Shown piece by piece: positions 9,865 to 25,461 of a stretch of DNA of 64,000 bases (position 1 is its first letter; every line of letters begins with the position of its first letter). This DNA is from Ignavibacteriota bacterium (lineage in GTDB: Bacteria; Bacteroidota; Ignavibacteria; Palsa-1295). Made by a program: the position numbers and the translations under genes. The stretch lies in NCBI GenBank assembly GCA_963787835.1, contig CAWBEI010000004.1:288001-352000 (forward strand), read 5' to 3'. The notes under the pieces were generated by a model. It was not told the origin of the DNA. It saw only the letters and a program-made list of their open reading frames with translations, and made no database searches.

Positions 9865-11985
9865 ATGGCTATGAAACGGTTATTTTTTCTTGTTGCGGTG
9901 GTTACGCTTGCTTTTGGTGGATTGCCGGCTGCGAAGGCACAATGGCAGCCAATGAATGGTAACGGCGGATGCGTGGTCACAAGCTTCGCCGTGAACGGAA
10001 CTAACCTTTTTGCTGGAACGAATGATGGCATTATCCTCTCAACAGATTTAGGCCACAGTTGGACGGTCGTCGATTCCGGTGTGGCGGATAGTAGCGTGAC
10101 CGCACTCGCAATAATCGATTCAACACTTTTTGTTGGAACAGAAGGTGGTGGTTCTCGATCAAATGATACCGGGAACAGCGGGGTAAAGATCGATTTTATT
10201 GGTTTTACTTCGTACGCAGTCATGGGTTCGAACATCTTTGGTGCCGTGGGAAACAGTGTTTGTCGATCGACGGATAAGGGAAAGACATGGACCACCTGTG
10301 GCATAACACAGTTCCCTTACACGGTCTTCGACGGCCATACTGTTTATTCGCTTGCCGCCAGTGGTAATCGACTTTTCGCTGGAACCGAAGCTGGTGTTTT
10401 TCTTTCTTTCGATACTGGAAAAACTTGGGGGACACCTGATGCGCGGCTTCCGGATTCATGCATGCTTCTGAGCATGGTGGTAAAAGGAGGTGTTCTTTAT
10501 GTAGGAACTGATACCAGCGGTATTTGGACTACGCCTGCTGCCTCGACCTTTTGGAACCGCATCGATAACAACCGGGCACCACTTCGCTGGGTAACTGCGC
10601 TCGTTTGGAACGGAAATGAGTTCTGGGCTGGAACGGATAACGGGGTTTTCGTTTCTACCGATATTGGTACAAGCTGGACGTCCCGAAACTCTGGATTGGG
10701 TAATTTACATGTCCAATGCCTGACTTTTGTCGGCTCAACACTTTTTGCCGGAACAAGAGGAAATGGGATATTTAGCTCCATCGATAGCGGCACTACTTGG
10801 GTCTCATGCAATACTGGGGTAACGGGTCTTTACGTCCGTAGTCTTTTTTTTAGCCAGAATACGCTTTTTGCGGGCATGGTCCCAGGAAATAACTATGATC
10901 AAGGAGGGCCTGTACGTTCGACAGATGAGGGAATGAGTTGGACCTGCGTTAGCCCTGGTACTCGGTCGGATAATGTCACAGCTTTCGACACGATTGGCAA
11001 TCATCTCTTGATGGCAACGGTCTTTTCCGGGGTATATTTATCCCAGAACGAAGGCGAATCCTGGTTCTCGGCGGATAGCGGATTGGAAAATAACACTATT
11101 TTCAGCTTTGCGACGATGGGAACATTTGTATTTGCTTCAAGTCTTGAAGGAACGTTCTTGTCTATGGATTCGGGGGCAAGCTGGACTCTTCTCGACTCAG
11201 AGATAAGATATCCCGAGAATTTGGCTGCTATGGCGAGTATTATATTTTTGGGAACCGAGGAGGATGGGGTGTTCCGCTCGATGGATAGCGGCAAACATTG
11301 GTCGCATGTAAATAATGGTTTATCAGATACACTTGTTTTATCCCTAACTACAATCGGCCAAGATTTATTCGCAGGAACAGAAAACGGGGTTTTTCTTTCC
11401 ACCGACAGCGCTAGAACTTGGGAGTCCGTCAGTAATGGTTTACCGGATGGAGTTTATGTCTACCACTTTGCATCGTTTGGAACAAATCTTTTTGCCAGCG
11501 TAGATGGCGGGGTATATTACACAAGTGACTTTGGAGCAAATTGGATATCGGTTAGTGATGGATTACCATCCGAATTGACCTATGAAGGAGGTGTCCAGTA
11601 TTTCGCGATTGATAGCACCTACCTCTTTGCTGGGTATGCTACAGAATATGGCGCTGCTAGCGGTATTTATCGTCGCCCTCTTTCCGAAATGGTAAATACC
11701 AACGCTGTCGTTGCCGAATCAGAAGTCCATTCTTCCTTCTCCACCTACCCAAACCCATTCACTCAATCCACAACGATCACTATTTCGCCAACCGAAAGTG
11801 GTATAACGGGAATATCAGTTGTGAACCTTTTAGGCCAGGAAGTTGCGCGGATTTATGATGGCGAGTTAAGTGTCGGCGAGCACACCTTCACGTGGAATGC
11901 AAGCAACATGCCGCCGGGAATGTACGAATGTATCGTGCGAATGAATGGGCGAATGGAGCAGCAACCAATAGTTGTGATGCGATAA
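9865..11985 (+). CDS. Secreted BNR/Asp-box beta-propeller protein with T9SS type A C-terminal domain
   Basis: Signal peptide; many LFAGT..GV..SxDxGxxW repeats; C-terminal YPNPFTQSTTI...VVNLLGQEV...PGMYEC. Confidence 0.9.
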   Translation: MAMKRLFFLVAVVTLAFGGLPAAKAQWQPMNGNGGCVVTSFAVNGTNLFAGTNDGIILSTDLGHSWTVVDSGVADSSVTALAIIDSTLFVGTEGGGSRSNDTGNSGVKIDFIGFTSYAVMGSNIFGAVGNSVCRSTDKGKTWTTCGITQFPYTVFDGHTVYSLAASGNRLFAGTEAGVFLSFDTGKTWGTPDARLPDSCMLLSMVVKGGVLYVGTDTSGIWTTPAASTFWNRIDNNRAPLRWVTALVWNGNEFWAGTDNGVFVSTDIGTSWTSRNSGLGNLHVQCLTFVGSTLFAGTRGNGIFSSIDSGTTWVSCNTGVTGLYVRSLFFSQNTLFAGMVPGNNYDQGGPVRSTDEGMSWTCVSPGTRSDNVTAFDTIGNHLLMATVFSGVYLSQNEGESWFSADSGLENNTIFSFATMGTFVFASSLEGTFLSMDSGASWTLLDSEIRYPENLAAMASIIFLGTEEDGVFRSMDSGKHWSHVNNGLSDTLVLSLTTIGQDLFAGTENGVFLSTDSARTWESVSNGLPDGVYVYHFASFGTNLFASVDGGVYYTSDFGANWISVSDGLPSELTYEGGVQYFAIDSTYLFAGYATEYGAASGIYRRPLSEMVNTNAVVAESEVHSSFSTYPNPFTQSTTITISPTESGITGISVVNLLGQEVARIYDGELSVGEHTFTWNASNMPPGMYECIVRMNGRMEQQPIVVMR

Positions 11986-11986
11986 C

Positions 11987-12214
11987 TTACCGTTCCCGAA
12001 AGGAAGCCATGTATTTGGGGAGATCATAGATGGAATCCTCTTCGGCATACCCTTTCATAAAGGCTTCGTACTCTCCTCGGCGGACTTCACTATCGTCTTC
12101 GTGAACAGGGGGCAGAATGATCACCTTCACCTTTTCGCCCGTATGAAACGGCAGGTGATCGAGATGAAGCTCGCCCTCTCGGCGAATGATGGTTTCGGTA
12201 CTGAATGTCTGCAT
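11987..12214 (-). CDS. Small AbrB/antitoxin-like protein
   Basis: MQTFSTETIIRREGELHLDHLPFHTGEKVKVIIL with an acidic tail (EEDSIYD). Confidence 0.6.
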   Translation of the reverse strand: MQTFSTETIIRREGELHLDHLPFHTGEKVKVIILPPVHEDDSEVRRGEYEAFMKGYAEEDSIYDLPKYMASFRER

Positions 12215-12260
12215 GATTTTACTAACAAGAAACGCCGGATGCCGTTCCATAACGAGAACC

Positions 12261-12947
12261 TTACGTCAGCCGCCGCAGTCCCAGCCGGTGCATGGTTCCC
12301 TGCTTGGCGTCGTGGCGGCGGAAGAGAAAGGTGAGTACCACGCCGGTAAAAAATCCCCCGATGTGGGCCATGTACGCGATGCCGCCTCCGGTAGTGCCGG
12401 CATTTTCATACTGCGACGTCCAGCCGGAGAGGAGTTGTGTAACGATCCACAATCCCAGCACGAACTCCGCCTGCATATTGACGATGAATGGAAAAAAGAT
12501 GAGCACGCGAACCCGGTTGTGCGGGAACAGAATCAGATATGCTGCCAGCACACCCGCAATAGCTCCGGAAGCGCCGAGGTTCGGTATGTGGGAATCCGGC
12601 ATGGCATACGTTTGCGCCAGCATCGCAGCAATGCCGCATGTGAAATAAAAGATGATGTATTTAAATTTCCCGAGATTATCCTCGACATTATCGCCAAAGA
12701 CGTATAGATACAGCATGTTCCCAAAGATATGCGCCACGCCGCCATGCAGGAACATCGAGGTGATGACCGTATAAAATGGCTGACGTCCCGCGATGAAATC
12801 CGCCGGGATCAGTGAATACTGATGGACGAAATCATTCCCGCCGGACAGTTCCAGCAGATACACCAGAACATTGATGGCGATGAGAGCCGTCGTTACGACG
12901 GGATAGGAAACTCGCTGGCTGTTGTCGTCACCAAGAGGGAGCAGCAT
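12261..12947 (-). CDS. Rhomboid family intramembrane serine protease
   Basis: TSMFLHGGVAHIFGNM, FGDNVED, GASGAIAG, AYMAHIGGF. Confidence 0.95.
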   Translation of the reverse strand: MLLPLGDDNSQRVSYPVVTTALIAINVLVYLLELSGGNDFVHQYSLIPADFIAGRQPFYTVITSMFLHGGVAHIFGNMLYLYVFGDNVEDNLGKFKYIIFYFTCGIAAMLAQTYAMPDSHIPNLGASGAIAGVLAAYLILFPHNRVRVLIFFPFIVNMQAEFVLGLWIVTQLLSGWTSQYENAGTTGGGIAYMAHIGGFFTGVVLTFLFRRHDAKQGTMHRLGLRRLT

Positions 12948-12996
12948 AAACTACGATTTACAGGATTTTGCGGATGTTCAGGATGGATTTGGGGGA

Positions 12997-13911
12997 TTAG
13001 TGAGCAGTGGAATCGATGGAGATGAGCGTGAGGGTGCGTTTATCAAACGAATTATCGAGATTTCTGCCAGCGATACGGCGACCGGTTGAAGTTCGTGAAA
13101 TTATGAGTCCGTCTGAGGAACGAATATCCTGCAACTCGTCAGACTGACCCTTGGAGATAAGTTCTCCATCACCGACTTGATAATTCGTTATTTCCGTTTC
13201 AAGTTTGTATTGTCCCGCCTTGCGGTCAGCGGCATCTTGATGAATAGAATAATCGTTGTGGTATGAATTGTAATTTTGGCCAGCAGGTTTCTGGTTCGGA
13301 GAGCTTGCAGTGTGGGTTAAGTAAAAAGTATGAGGATGGGAGATCTTAGTTGAACTATCCTGCCATTTCACTCCTGCTCGAACCTCTGATTTGATTGGTC
13401 TCGTGCTAAGTAATTGCGACATCCCAGAAATGATTGCTACGCTGTCCGGTGGTGCTTTAGCCAAATTTTTGGGATCCTTCCACCCTATTTGGTTCAAACT
13501 GTCCTGTGGAGAGCGGTGCAATATCTCGCCGCTCAGGTACCTTCCATACCGATCCACTTTTACTCGATATAGGGGAATTTGCAAAGTAAGCCCACCCTGA
13601 GTTACTCCTTCGCCACCATCTCCGCCTTTAAAATCGTGCGTTTCTTCATTTTGGATGACAAGCGTTGCGTTGTCAAGTGAATCAACGTTCTCGACCGTAA
13701 TATGAATATCCTCTATCCGATCCCAATTGTGTTCCATTAGACCGGGCGGATTATCCGGATTGCGGAATTCATCGATCTTCTTGTAATGCAAAACTTCCCC
13801 CGCCTTAAAATGATACGCAAGATCAACCGGTGCCGGTGAAGTGGCCTGCCCGAACGCCACCGAAGCAGGGAATCCCAGTACCACGATTATCAGGATGTTG
13901 CGGATGTTCAT
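12997..13911 (-). CDS. Secreted tandem-array paralog, type A, intact (DUF6263-like start)
   Basis: Signal peptide, then TSPAPVDLAYHFKAG...; ends KRTLTLISIDSTAH. Confidence 0.85.
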   Translation of the reverse strand: MNIRNILIIVVLGFPASVAFGQATSPAPVDLAYHFKAGEVLHYKKIDEFRNPDNPPGLMEHNWDRIEDIHITVENVDSLDNATLVIQNEETHDFKGGDGGEGVTQGGLTLQIPLYRVKVDRYGRYLSGEILHRSPQDSLNQIGWKDPKNLAKAPPDSVAIISGMSQLLSTRPIKSEVRAGVKWQDSSTKISHPHTFYLTHTASSPNQKPAGQNYNSYHNDYSIHQDAADRKAGQYKLETEITNYQVGDGELISKGQSDELQDIRSSDGLIISRTSTGRRIAGRNLDNSFDKRTLTLISIDSTAH

Positions 13912-13926
13912 GATGGATTTTTTGGA

Positions 13927-14848
13927 TTAATGAGCGGTGGAATCGATGGAGATGAGCGTGAGGGTGCGTTTCAAATATAACTTACCAACATCACCCATTC
14001 CTCCAATTGGCCGATCCATTTGAGTACGGGCAGGTCGTGAGTCCGTCAGATGAGCGAATGTGTTCATCTTCATCGTTAAGTCCTTTAGAAAGAAGCATCC
14101 CATCTGACACTTGGTAGTGGGTACATTGTGTCGCCAGATCAAATGTTCCTGCATTTCGATCTTTCCCATTTTGCTTAACGACATAGTCATAACGGTCTGC
14201 ATTGTAGCTTGGTTTGGGAGCGGGTTGATCCTCTGCGGGGCTTGCGGAATGATCCAACGCGTAGTGTATTGTATGGGAATGTTGACTGGAACTATCTATC
14301 CATTTCGCACCTATCTGCACTCCATTTCTTGCGGGCCTCGGACAAAGCACTTCTTGAAAATCGAGTTTGATCCTTGAGCTGTCTGGCATTGCCCATCCAT
14401 TATAGTTTGGATCTTTCATCTGTTCGTGAAAGAGACTATCCTAAGGCGAGCGTCGCAACATCTCACCTCTAAGATATTTTCCAAAACGATTAATCGTTAC
14501 GCGATAAAGAGGAATGTCCTGAGCAAGTCCGCCCTGGGTTACACCAGTAGGATCATCTCCACCCTTGAAATCGTACGATTCCGTGTTCTGTATAACAAGA
14601 GTTGCGTCGCCGATAGAATCAACTTTTTCAACAGAAATGTCAACATTCTCCTTTACGTCAAAATTTTCTTCCTGATAACCTCCTGGATTATCCGGGTTCC
14701 GCATCTCATCCAGGCGCTGATAATGCAAAACTTCCCCCGCCTTAAAATGATATGCAAGATCAACCGGCGCCGGTGAAGTGGACTGCCCGAACGCCAGTGA
14801 GGCGGGGAATACCAGAACCACGATTATCAGGATGATGCGGATTTTCAT
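13927..14848 (-). pseudogene. Tandem-array paralog, type B, disrupted
   Basis: In-frame TAG at 14443-14441 where the paralogs have Gln (S-P/S-Q-D-S), plus one extra base near 14035; same N- and C-terminal motifs as the other copies. Confidence 0.8.
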
Positions 14849-14863
14849 GATGGATTTTTTGGA

Positions 14864-15793
14864 TTAATGAGCGGTGGAATCAATGGAGATCAGCGTAAGG
14901 GTGCGTTTATCAGAGATATTTTCACGATCTTTGTTGATTTTAATTCCGGGCACCGCTTTTTCCAATTGAGTACGCTTTAAGGTAATTCCATCGCTTGACC
15001 GAATTTCCTGATCTTCATCTGTAGTAAACTGCGATAATAATTGCCCTTGCGAAACTTGATAGTTCATCGTTTTCGTAACAAAGTGGTATTTGCCAGCAGT
15101 GCGATCTTCCGCATCCTGAGCGGTCTTATAATCATAATGATGAGAAAAGTAACTTGGAAGTGGTGGAGGCTCCTCTTTCGCAGGTGCGGCCGTGTGATTG
15201 AAATAAACGACATGGTTATGTGAAATCTGGGCCACACTATCCTGCCAGGTTGTACCAATTTGAACTCCTGTTCGAGCAGGTCTCGTCGAAAAGGCCTCGC
15301 CTATAAAAAGATTTATTATGGAACTATCAGTACGCGGTGTAATATTCCATCGTGGGTCTTTCATGTGCTCATGTTCTAAGCTATCTTGCGATGAGTAACG
15401 CAATATTTTCCCGCTAAGATATTTTCCATACCGATCTACGGTGACTCGGTAGAGAGGAATATCTTGTGCGATAATACCCACAGCTTGTTGGAATCCGTTA
15501 TCACCATTTTTGAAATCGTAAGATTCCTCATTCTGGATAACGAGGGTTGCATCCCCAACTGAATCTACTTTTTCAACCGTGATATGAATGTCATCTTTTG
15601 TATCATAATTCCCTTCCATGTAGCCGGGTGGATTATCCGGATTCCGACATTCATCCAGCCGTTGATAATGCAACACGGTTCCCGCCTTGAAATGATACGC
15701 AAGGTCAACCGGCGCCGGTGAAGTGGACTGCCCGAACGCAAGTGAAGCAGGGAACACCAGAACCACGATTATCAGGATGTTGCGGATTTTCAT
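14864..15793 (-). CDS. Secreted tandem-array paralog, type B, intact
   Basis: MKIRNILIIVVLVFPASLAFGQSTSPAPVDLAYHFKAG...KRTLTLISIDSTAH. Confidence 0.85.
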   Translation of the reverse strand: MKIRNILIIVVLVFPASLAFGQSTSPAPVDLAYHFKAGTVLHYQRLDECRNPDNPPGYMEGNYDTKDDIHITVEKVDSVGDATLVIQNEESYDFKNGDNGFQQAVGIIAQDIPLYRVTVDRYGKYLSGKILRYSSQDSLEHEHMKDPRWNITPRTDSSIINLFIGEAFSTRPARTGVQIGTTWQDSVAQISHNHVVYFNHTAAPAKEEPPPLPSYFSHHYDYKTAQDAEDRTAGKYHFVTKTMNYQVSQGQLLSQFTTDEDQEIRSSDGITLKRTQLEKAVPGIKINKDRENISDKRTLTLISIDSTAH

Positions 15794-15808
15794 GATGGAT
15801 TTCTGGGA

Positions 15809-16726
15809 TTAATTAGCAGTGGAATCGATGGAGATGAGCGTGAGGGTGCGTTTCAAGAAGGAATTATCGAGATTTCTGCCAGCGATACGGCGACCGGTTG
15901 AAGTTCGTGAAATTATGAGTCCGTCTGAAGATCGAACGTCTTGCACTTCGTCATCTGTGCCTTTCGAAATAAGTTCTCCTTCAACGACTTGATAATTTGT
16001 TGTTTCCGTTTCAAGTTTGTATTGTCCCGCCTTGCGGTCAGCTGCATCTTGCTCGATAGTGTAATCGTTGTGATATGCTTTATAATTCGGGCCGGCAGGT
16101 TTCTGGTTCGGTGAGCTCGCAGTGTGGTTAAAATAAAATGTAGTTGGATGGGTTATCTTGGTTGAACTATCCTGCCATTTCACTCCTGCACGAACCTCTC
16201 CTTTGGTTGGTCTCGTGCTAAGTAATTGCGTCATTCAGGAGATGATCGATACGCTGTCCGGTGGCGCCTTGGCCAAATTTTTGGGATCCTTATACCCTAT
16301 TTGCCACATGCTGTCCTGTGGAGAGCGGTGCAATATCTCGCCGCTCAGGTACTTTCCATATTTATCCACTTTTACTCGATACAGCGGAATTTCCAAAGTA
16401 AGCCCTCCCTGAGTTACTCCCTCGCCACCATCTCCGCCTTTAAAATCGTGCGTTTCTTCATTATGGATGACAAGCGTTGCATTGTCGAGTGAATCGACGT
16501 TCTCGACGGTAATATGAATATCTTCTATCCGATCCCAATTGTGTTCCATAAGACCGGGCGAATTATCCGGATTGCGGAATTCATCGATCTTCTTGTAATG
16601 CAGCACGGTTCCCGCCTTGAAATGATACGCAAGGTCAACCGGCGCCGGTGAAGTATTCTGTGCAAACACAGTGGAAAATGAAGCAAGCACGATCACACAA
16701 CAAATGCCGATTATTTTCATAGCCAC
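15809..16726 (-). pseudogene. Tandem-array paralog, type A, single nonsense codon
   Basis: In-frame TGA at 16237-16235 where the 12997..13911 copy has Gly (IISGM); otherwise very similar to that copy, but with a different signal peptide. Confidence 0.8.
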
Positions 16727-16766
16727 AAATTCTTAATTCTCAATTCTTAATTGATAATTGAAACAG

Positions 16767-16841
16767 TGGGCATTACAGGGTTCGAACCTGTGACCTTTCG
16801 CGTGTGAGGCGAATGCTCTGGACCAGCTGAGCTAAATGCCC
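16767..16841 (-). tRNA. tRNA-Val(CAC)
   Basis: Reverse complement GGGCATTTAGCTCAGCTGGTCCAGAGCATTCGCCTCACACGCGAAAGGTCACAGGTTCGAACCCTGTAATGCCCA; cloverleaf, anticodon CAC, CCA not encoded. Confidence 0.97.
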
Positions 16842-16953
16842 GGACGTGCCGTATAGCTCGGCTCCTAACTTCTATGCGTTTGGGGTGGTTCCGAACCGAG
16901 CAACGAACTGTAATAGAAATAATTGGTTTATAGAGTCTATAATGATAGGGAAC

Positions 16954-17220
16954 ATGCTTGCTATCGTAGAAGCACATCCACTGCAGGATTTCAAGCTTGC
17001 TCTTACCTTCAATAATGGCAAGAGCGGGACGGTGGATCTTGCCAAAATTTCCCGAACCGGCGTGTTCGAAGCCTGGAACGACCCATCCTTTTTTCGGAAA
17101 GTGTTCGTTCATCCCGAATTCAGAACCGTCACCTGGCCCGGCGATCTGGATCTCGATCCTTATGTGCTCTATGCCCAAATGACAGGAAGTTCCATTGAGG
17201 AAGTGTTGGCGAGTGTCTAA
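16954..17220 (+). CDS. DUF2442 family putative antitoxin
   Basis: LALTFNNGKSGTVDL...GVFEAWNDPSFFRKV...TVTWPGDLDLDPYVLY; start 16942 or 16954. Confidence 0.88.
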   Translation: MLAIVEAHPLQDFKLALTFNNGKSGTVDLAKISRTGVFEAWNDPSFFRKVFVHPEFRTVTWPGDLDLDPYVLYAQMTGSSIEEVLASV

Positions 17221-17222
17221 CG

Positions 17223-17483
17223 ATGCCTGAAATTTCTCGATTCTTTGGCATCGTCGTTCTCCTAAATTACAACGATCATACTCCTCCGCATTTTCATGCG
17301 CTGTCCGGCGATGAAGAAATTTTGGTTGGCATTAACGATCTTCAAATAATTCGTGGCAGCATGTCCGCGCGCAATACACGTCTTGTGATGAAGTGGGCTG
17401 CGCTCCATAAGGAGGAATTAGTGCATGCCTGGAATGAGGCACAAGCGCATCATGTGCCCGGTCGAATTGAGCCGTTGCATTGA
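17223..17483 (+). CDS. DUF4160 family putative toxin
   Basis: MPEISRFFGIVV..YNDHTPPHFHA...WAALHKEEL..AW...IEPL. Confidence 0.92.
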   Translation: MPEISRFFGIVVLLNYNDHTPPHFHALSGDEEILVGINDLQIIRGSMSARNTRLVMKWAALHKEELVHAWNEAQAHHVPGRIEPLH

Positions 17484-17742
17484 TTACATGAAACCGAATT
17501 AACTACAAATTCGGAAATTCCCGTGTGACATTGCGGCGGGTCGGGCGTTATACCACTGAGGCCGATGATACGGCAGGTTCGAATAGGGAATGGTCATCCA
17601 CACTATTCTGATCCGCCGGATCATCCACCACAGGTCATGGGTCGGTTTGCGATAAGCCTGATCTAACAACGCGGGGTACGCACTTGCTTTAATAAGTGCG
17701 CATCTGAATCACATTCACTTTATTATTAGTACGAGGTCTGCA

Positions 17743-18531
17743 ATGAAAAGACTACTCGGAGCGCCCCTTCTCGCTCTTTTTGTAACATTACCGCTCGCGT
17801 TGGCGAGCTGCTCCAACCCAAGTTCCGCGCCCGGAACTTATGGAACTACGATCACTGCGTCGGATTATTCCGCGACGGTGTTCTTTAACACGCAATCGCT
17901 CGGGGATACGTCGAGCATTCCATTCCCGTTCTGTTTTCCAGTGCAATATCTGCAGCTAAAACTTGGGCTGACAGATACACAGGTTCTGGCGATACAGAAT
18001 TTACAGGATTCTCTGCGGCTTGCGCTTCAAAACCAGATCGCAGCATTGGAAGCTTCGGGGAAGCTTACACGGGATTCCGTGAGGTCGTTGCGGTTAGAAT
18101 ACCAAACGGATCTTTATACCGGCATCGCGGGGATTCTGACGCCCGCTCAGCTTACGGCGCTTCAGTCGCTCCAGCCACCGCTTGGCCCGCCGGATCAATT
18201 TGGCCGAGGTCCGATTCCCGGTTTTCGCGGAAGGGGCGGACACGATCCATACGATACCGCGCAGGTGAATCTAACTCCAGCACAGCTCGATAGCCTTGCG
18301 CTTGCTCATCTGGAAACCAAACTTGCCGCCGCCGGCGACACATTGACGGCCAGCCAGATCACCCTGATCCAGAATTTGCAGGCGACGCTACTGGCCGATA
18401 CTACACTCACCCCGCAAGGTCGGGCGGCAGAATTCCAGACTCAAATTCAAACGATCCTTACGGCGAAGCAGCTTGCGGTACTGCAACGGCTTGCGGGTGG
18501 GTTCGATCCCTGGCGCCGCAGACACCGGTAG
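17743..18531 (+). CDS. Lipoprotein with two Spy/CpxP-like helical repeats
   Basis: Lipobox LAS-C; LGLTDTQV..I, ILTPAQL, LTASQI and ILTAKQL (LTxxQ) motifs. Confidence 0.75.
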   Translation: MKRLLGAPLLALFVTLPLALASCSNPSSAPGTYGTTITASDYSATVFFNTQSLGDTSSIPFPFCFPVQYLQLKLGLTDTQVLAIQNLQDSLRLALQNQIAALEASGKLTRDSVRSLRLEYQTDLYTGIAGILTPAQLTALQSLQPPLGPPDQFGRGPIPGFRGRGGHDPYDTAQVNLTPAQLDSLALAHLETKLAAAGDTLTASQITLIQNLQATLLADTTLTPQGRAAEFQTQIQTILTAKQLAVLQRLAGGFDPWRRRHR

Positions 18532-18608
18532 AGCCGGGAATTCTTAGAAAGTGTTTCATAAGAGGAAAGGGAGATGAGTTCCTGAGCGGGAATTCTCTCA
18601 GAAGAAAG

Positions 18609-18643
18609 AATGGGGACGCTACGATAGCGATCCCCATTTTTTT
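18609..18643 (+). terminator. Rho-independent terminator
   Basis: AATGGGGA-CGCTA CGA TAGCG-A-TCCCCATT hairpin followed by a T tract. Confidence 0.8.
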
Positions 18644-18701
18644 ACATTTTTCGCCATTTGTCTGTATTCTTCAACATTTATATAATTTATTGTTCGTTTT
18701 C

Positions 18702-18732
18702 TTGCTTCTGGGATTTTTCTGTTGTATCTTTG
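18702..18732 (+). promoter_or_regulatory. Bacteroidota-type housekeeping promoter (-33 TTG / -7 TAnnTTTG)
   Basis: TTG at 18702, 20-nt spacer, TATCTTTG at 18725-18732, upstream of the giant fibre gene. Confidence 0.55.
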
Positions 18733-18889
18733 TAGAAGTTTAGTGGATTCAGGTAAGCCCGATGGATCATTTTGTCTATTTGTCTATGCCCGAATCCGGC
18801 ATTTAAGTTTAGTTAGCGGAGGGGTTTTATTAGTTTGCTTCTATCAGAATCCCCTTGGTGTACTTTTTAACGCTTCACATTCTATTACT

Positions 18890-25303
<6,414 letters not shown>

Positions 25304-25337
25304 TATTTTTTAATCACATCTCGAGAGAGAGTTCACT

Positions 25338-25370
25338 GGCGCGAGTTCAAAAGAACTCGCGCCTTTTTTT
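25338..25370 (+). terminator. Rho-independent terminator
   Basis: GGCGCGAGTTC AAAA GAACTCGCGCC TTTTTTT. Confidence 0.92.
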
Positions 25371-25424
25371 ATGTATCAAAAATGCAGATCGTTGCTTGTT
25401 TGTGGCTTACCGCAATTATTGACG

Positions 25425-25432
25425 TAAATTTG
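25425..25432 (+). promoter_or_regulatory. -7 box TAnnTTTG
   Basis: TAAATTTG 30 nt upstream of the aminopeptidase ATG, with TTTG 22 nt further upstream. Confidence 0.5.
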
Positions 25433-25461
25433 CAGAACATTATTTCAATTCCAAGAACACC

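Noticed and set aside
16235-16237. TGA recoded as Gly or Sec (in-frame TGA at a Gly position)
   Set aside because: TGA ends many genes here and prfB is present; a single GGA>TGA change explains it.
12953-16841. Integrative element, DGR or integron at tRNA-Val
   Set aside because: No integrase or reverse transcriptase, no duplicated tRNA 3' end noticed, junctions are not attC-like palindromes, and the differences are not adenine-specific.
16747-17178. 143-aa minus-strand ORF
   Set aside because: Overlaps tRNA-Val and is antisense to the DUF2442 gene.
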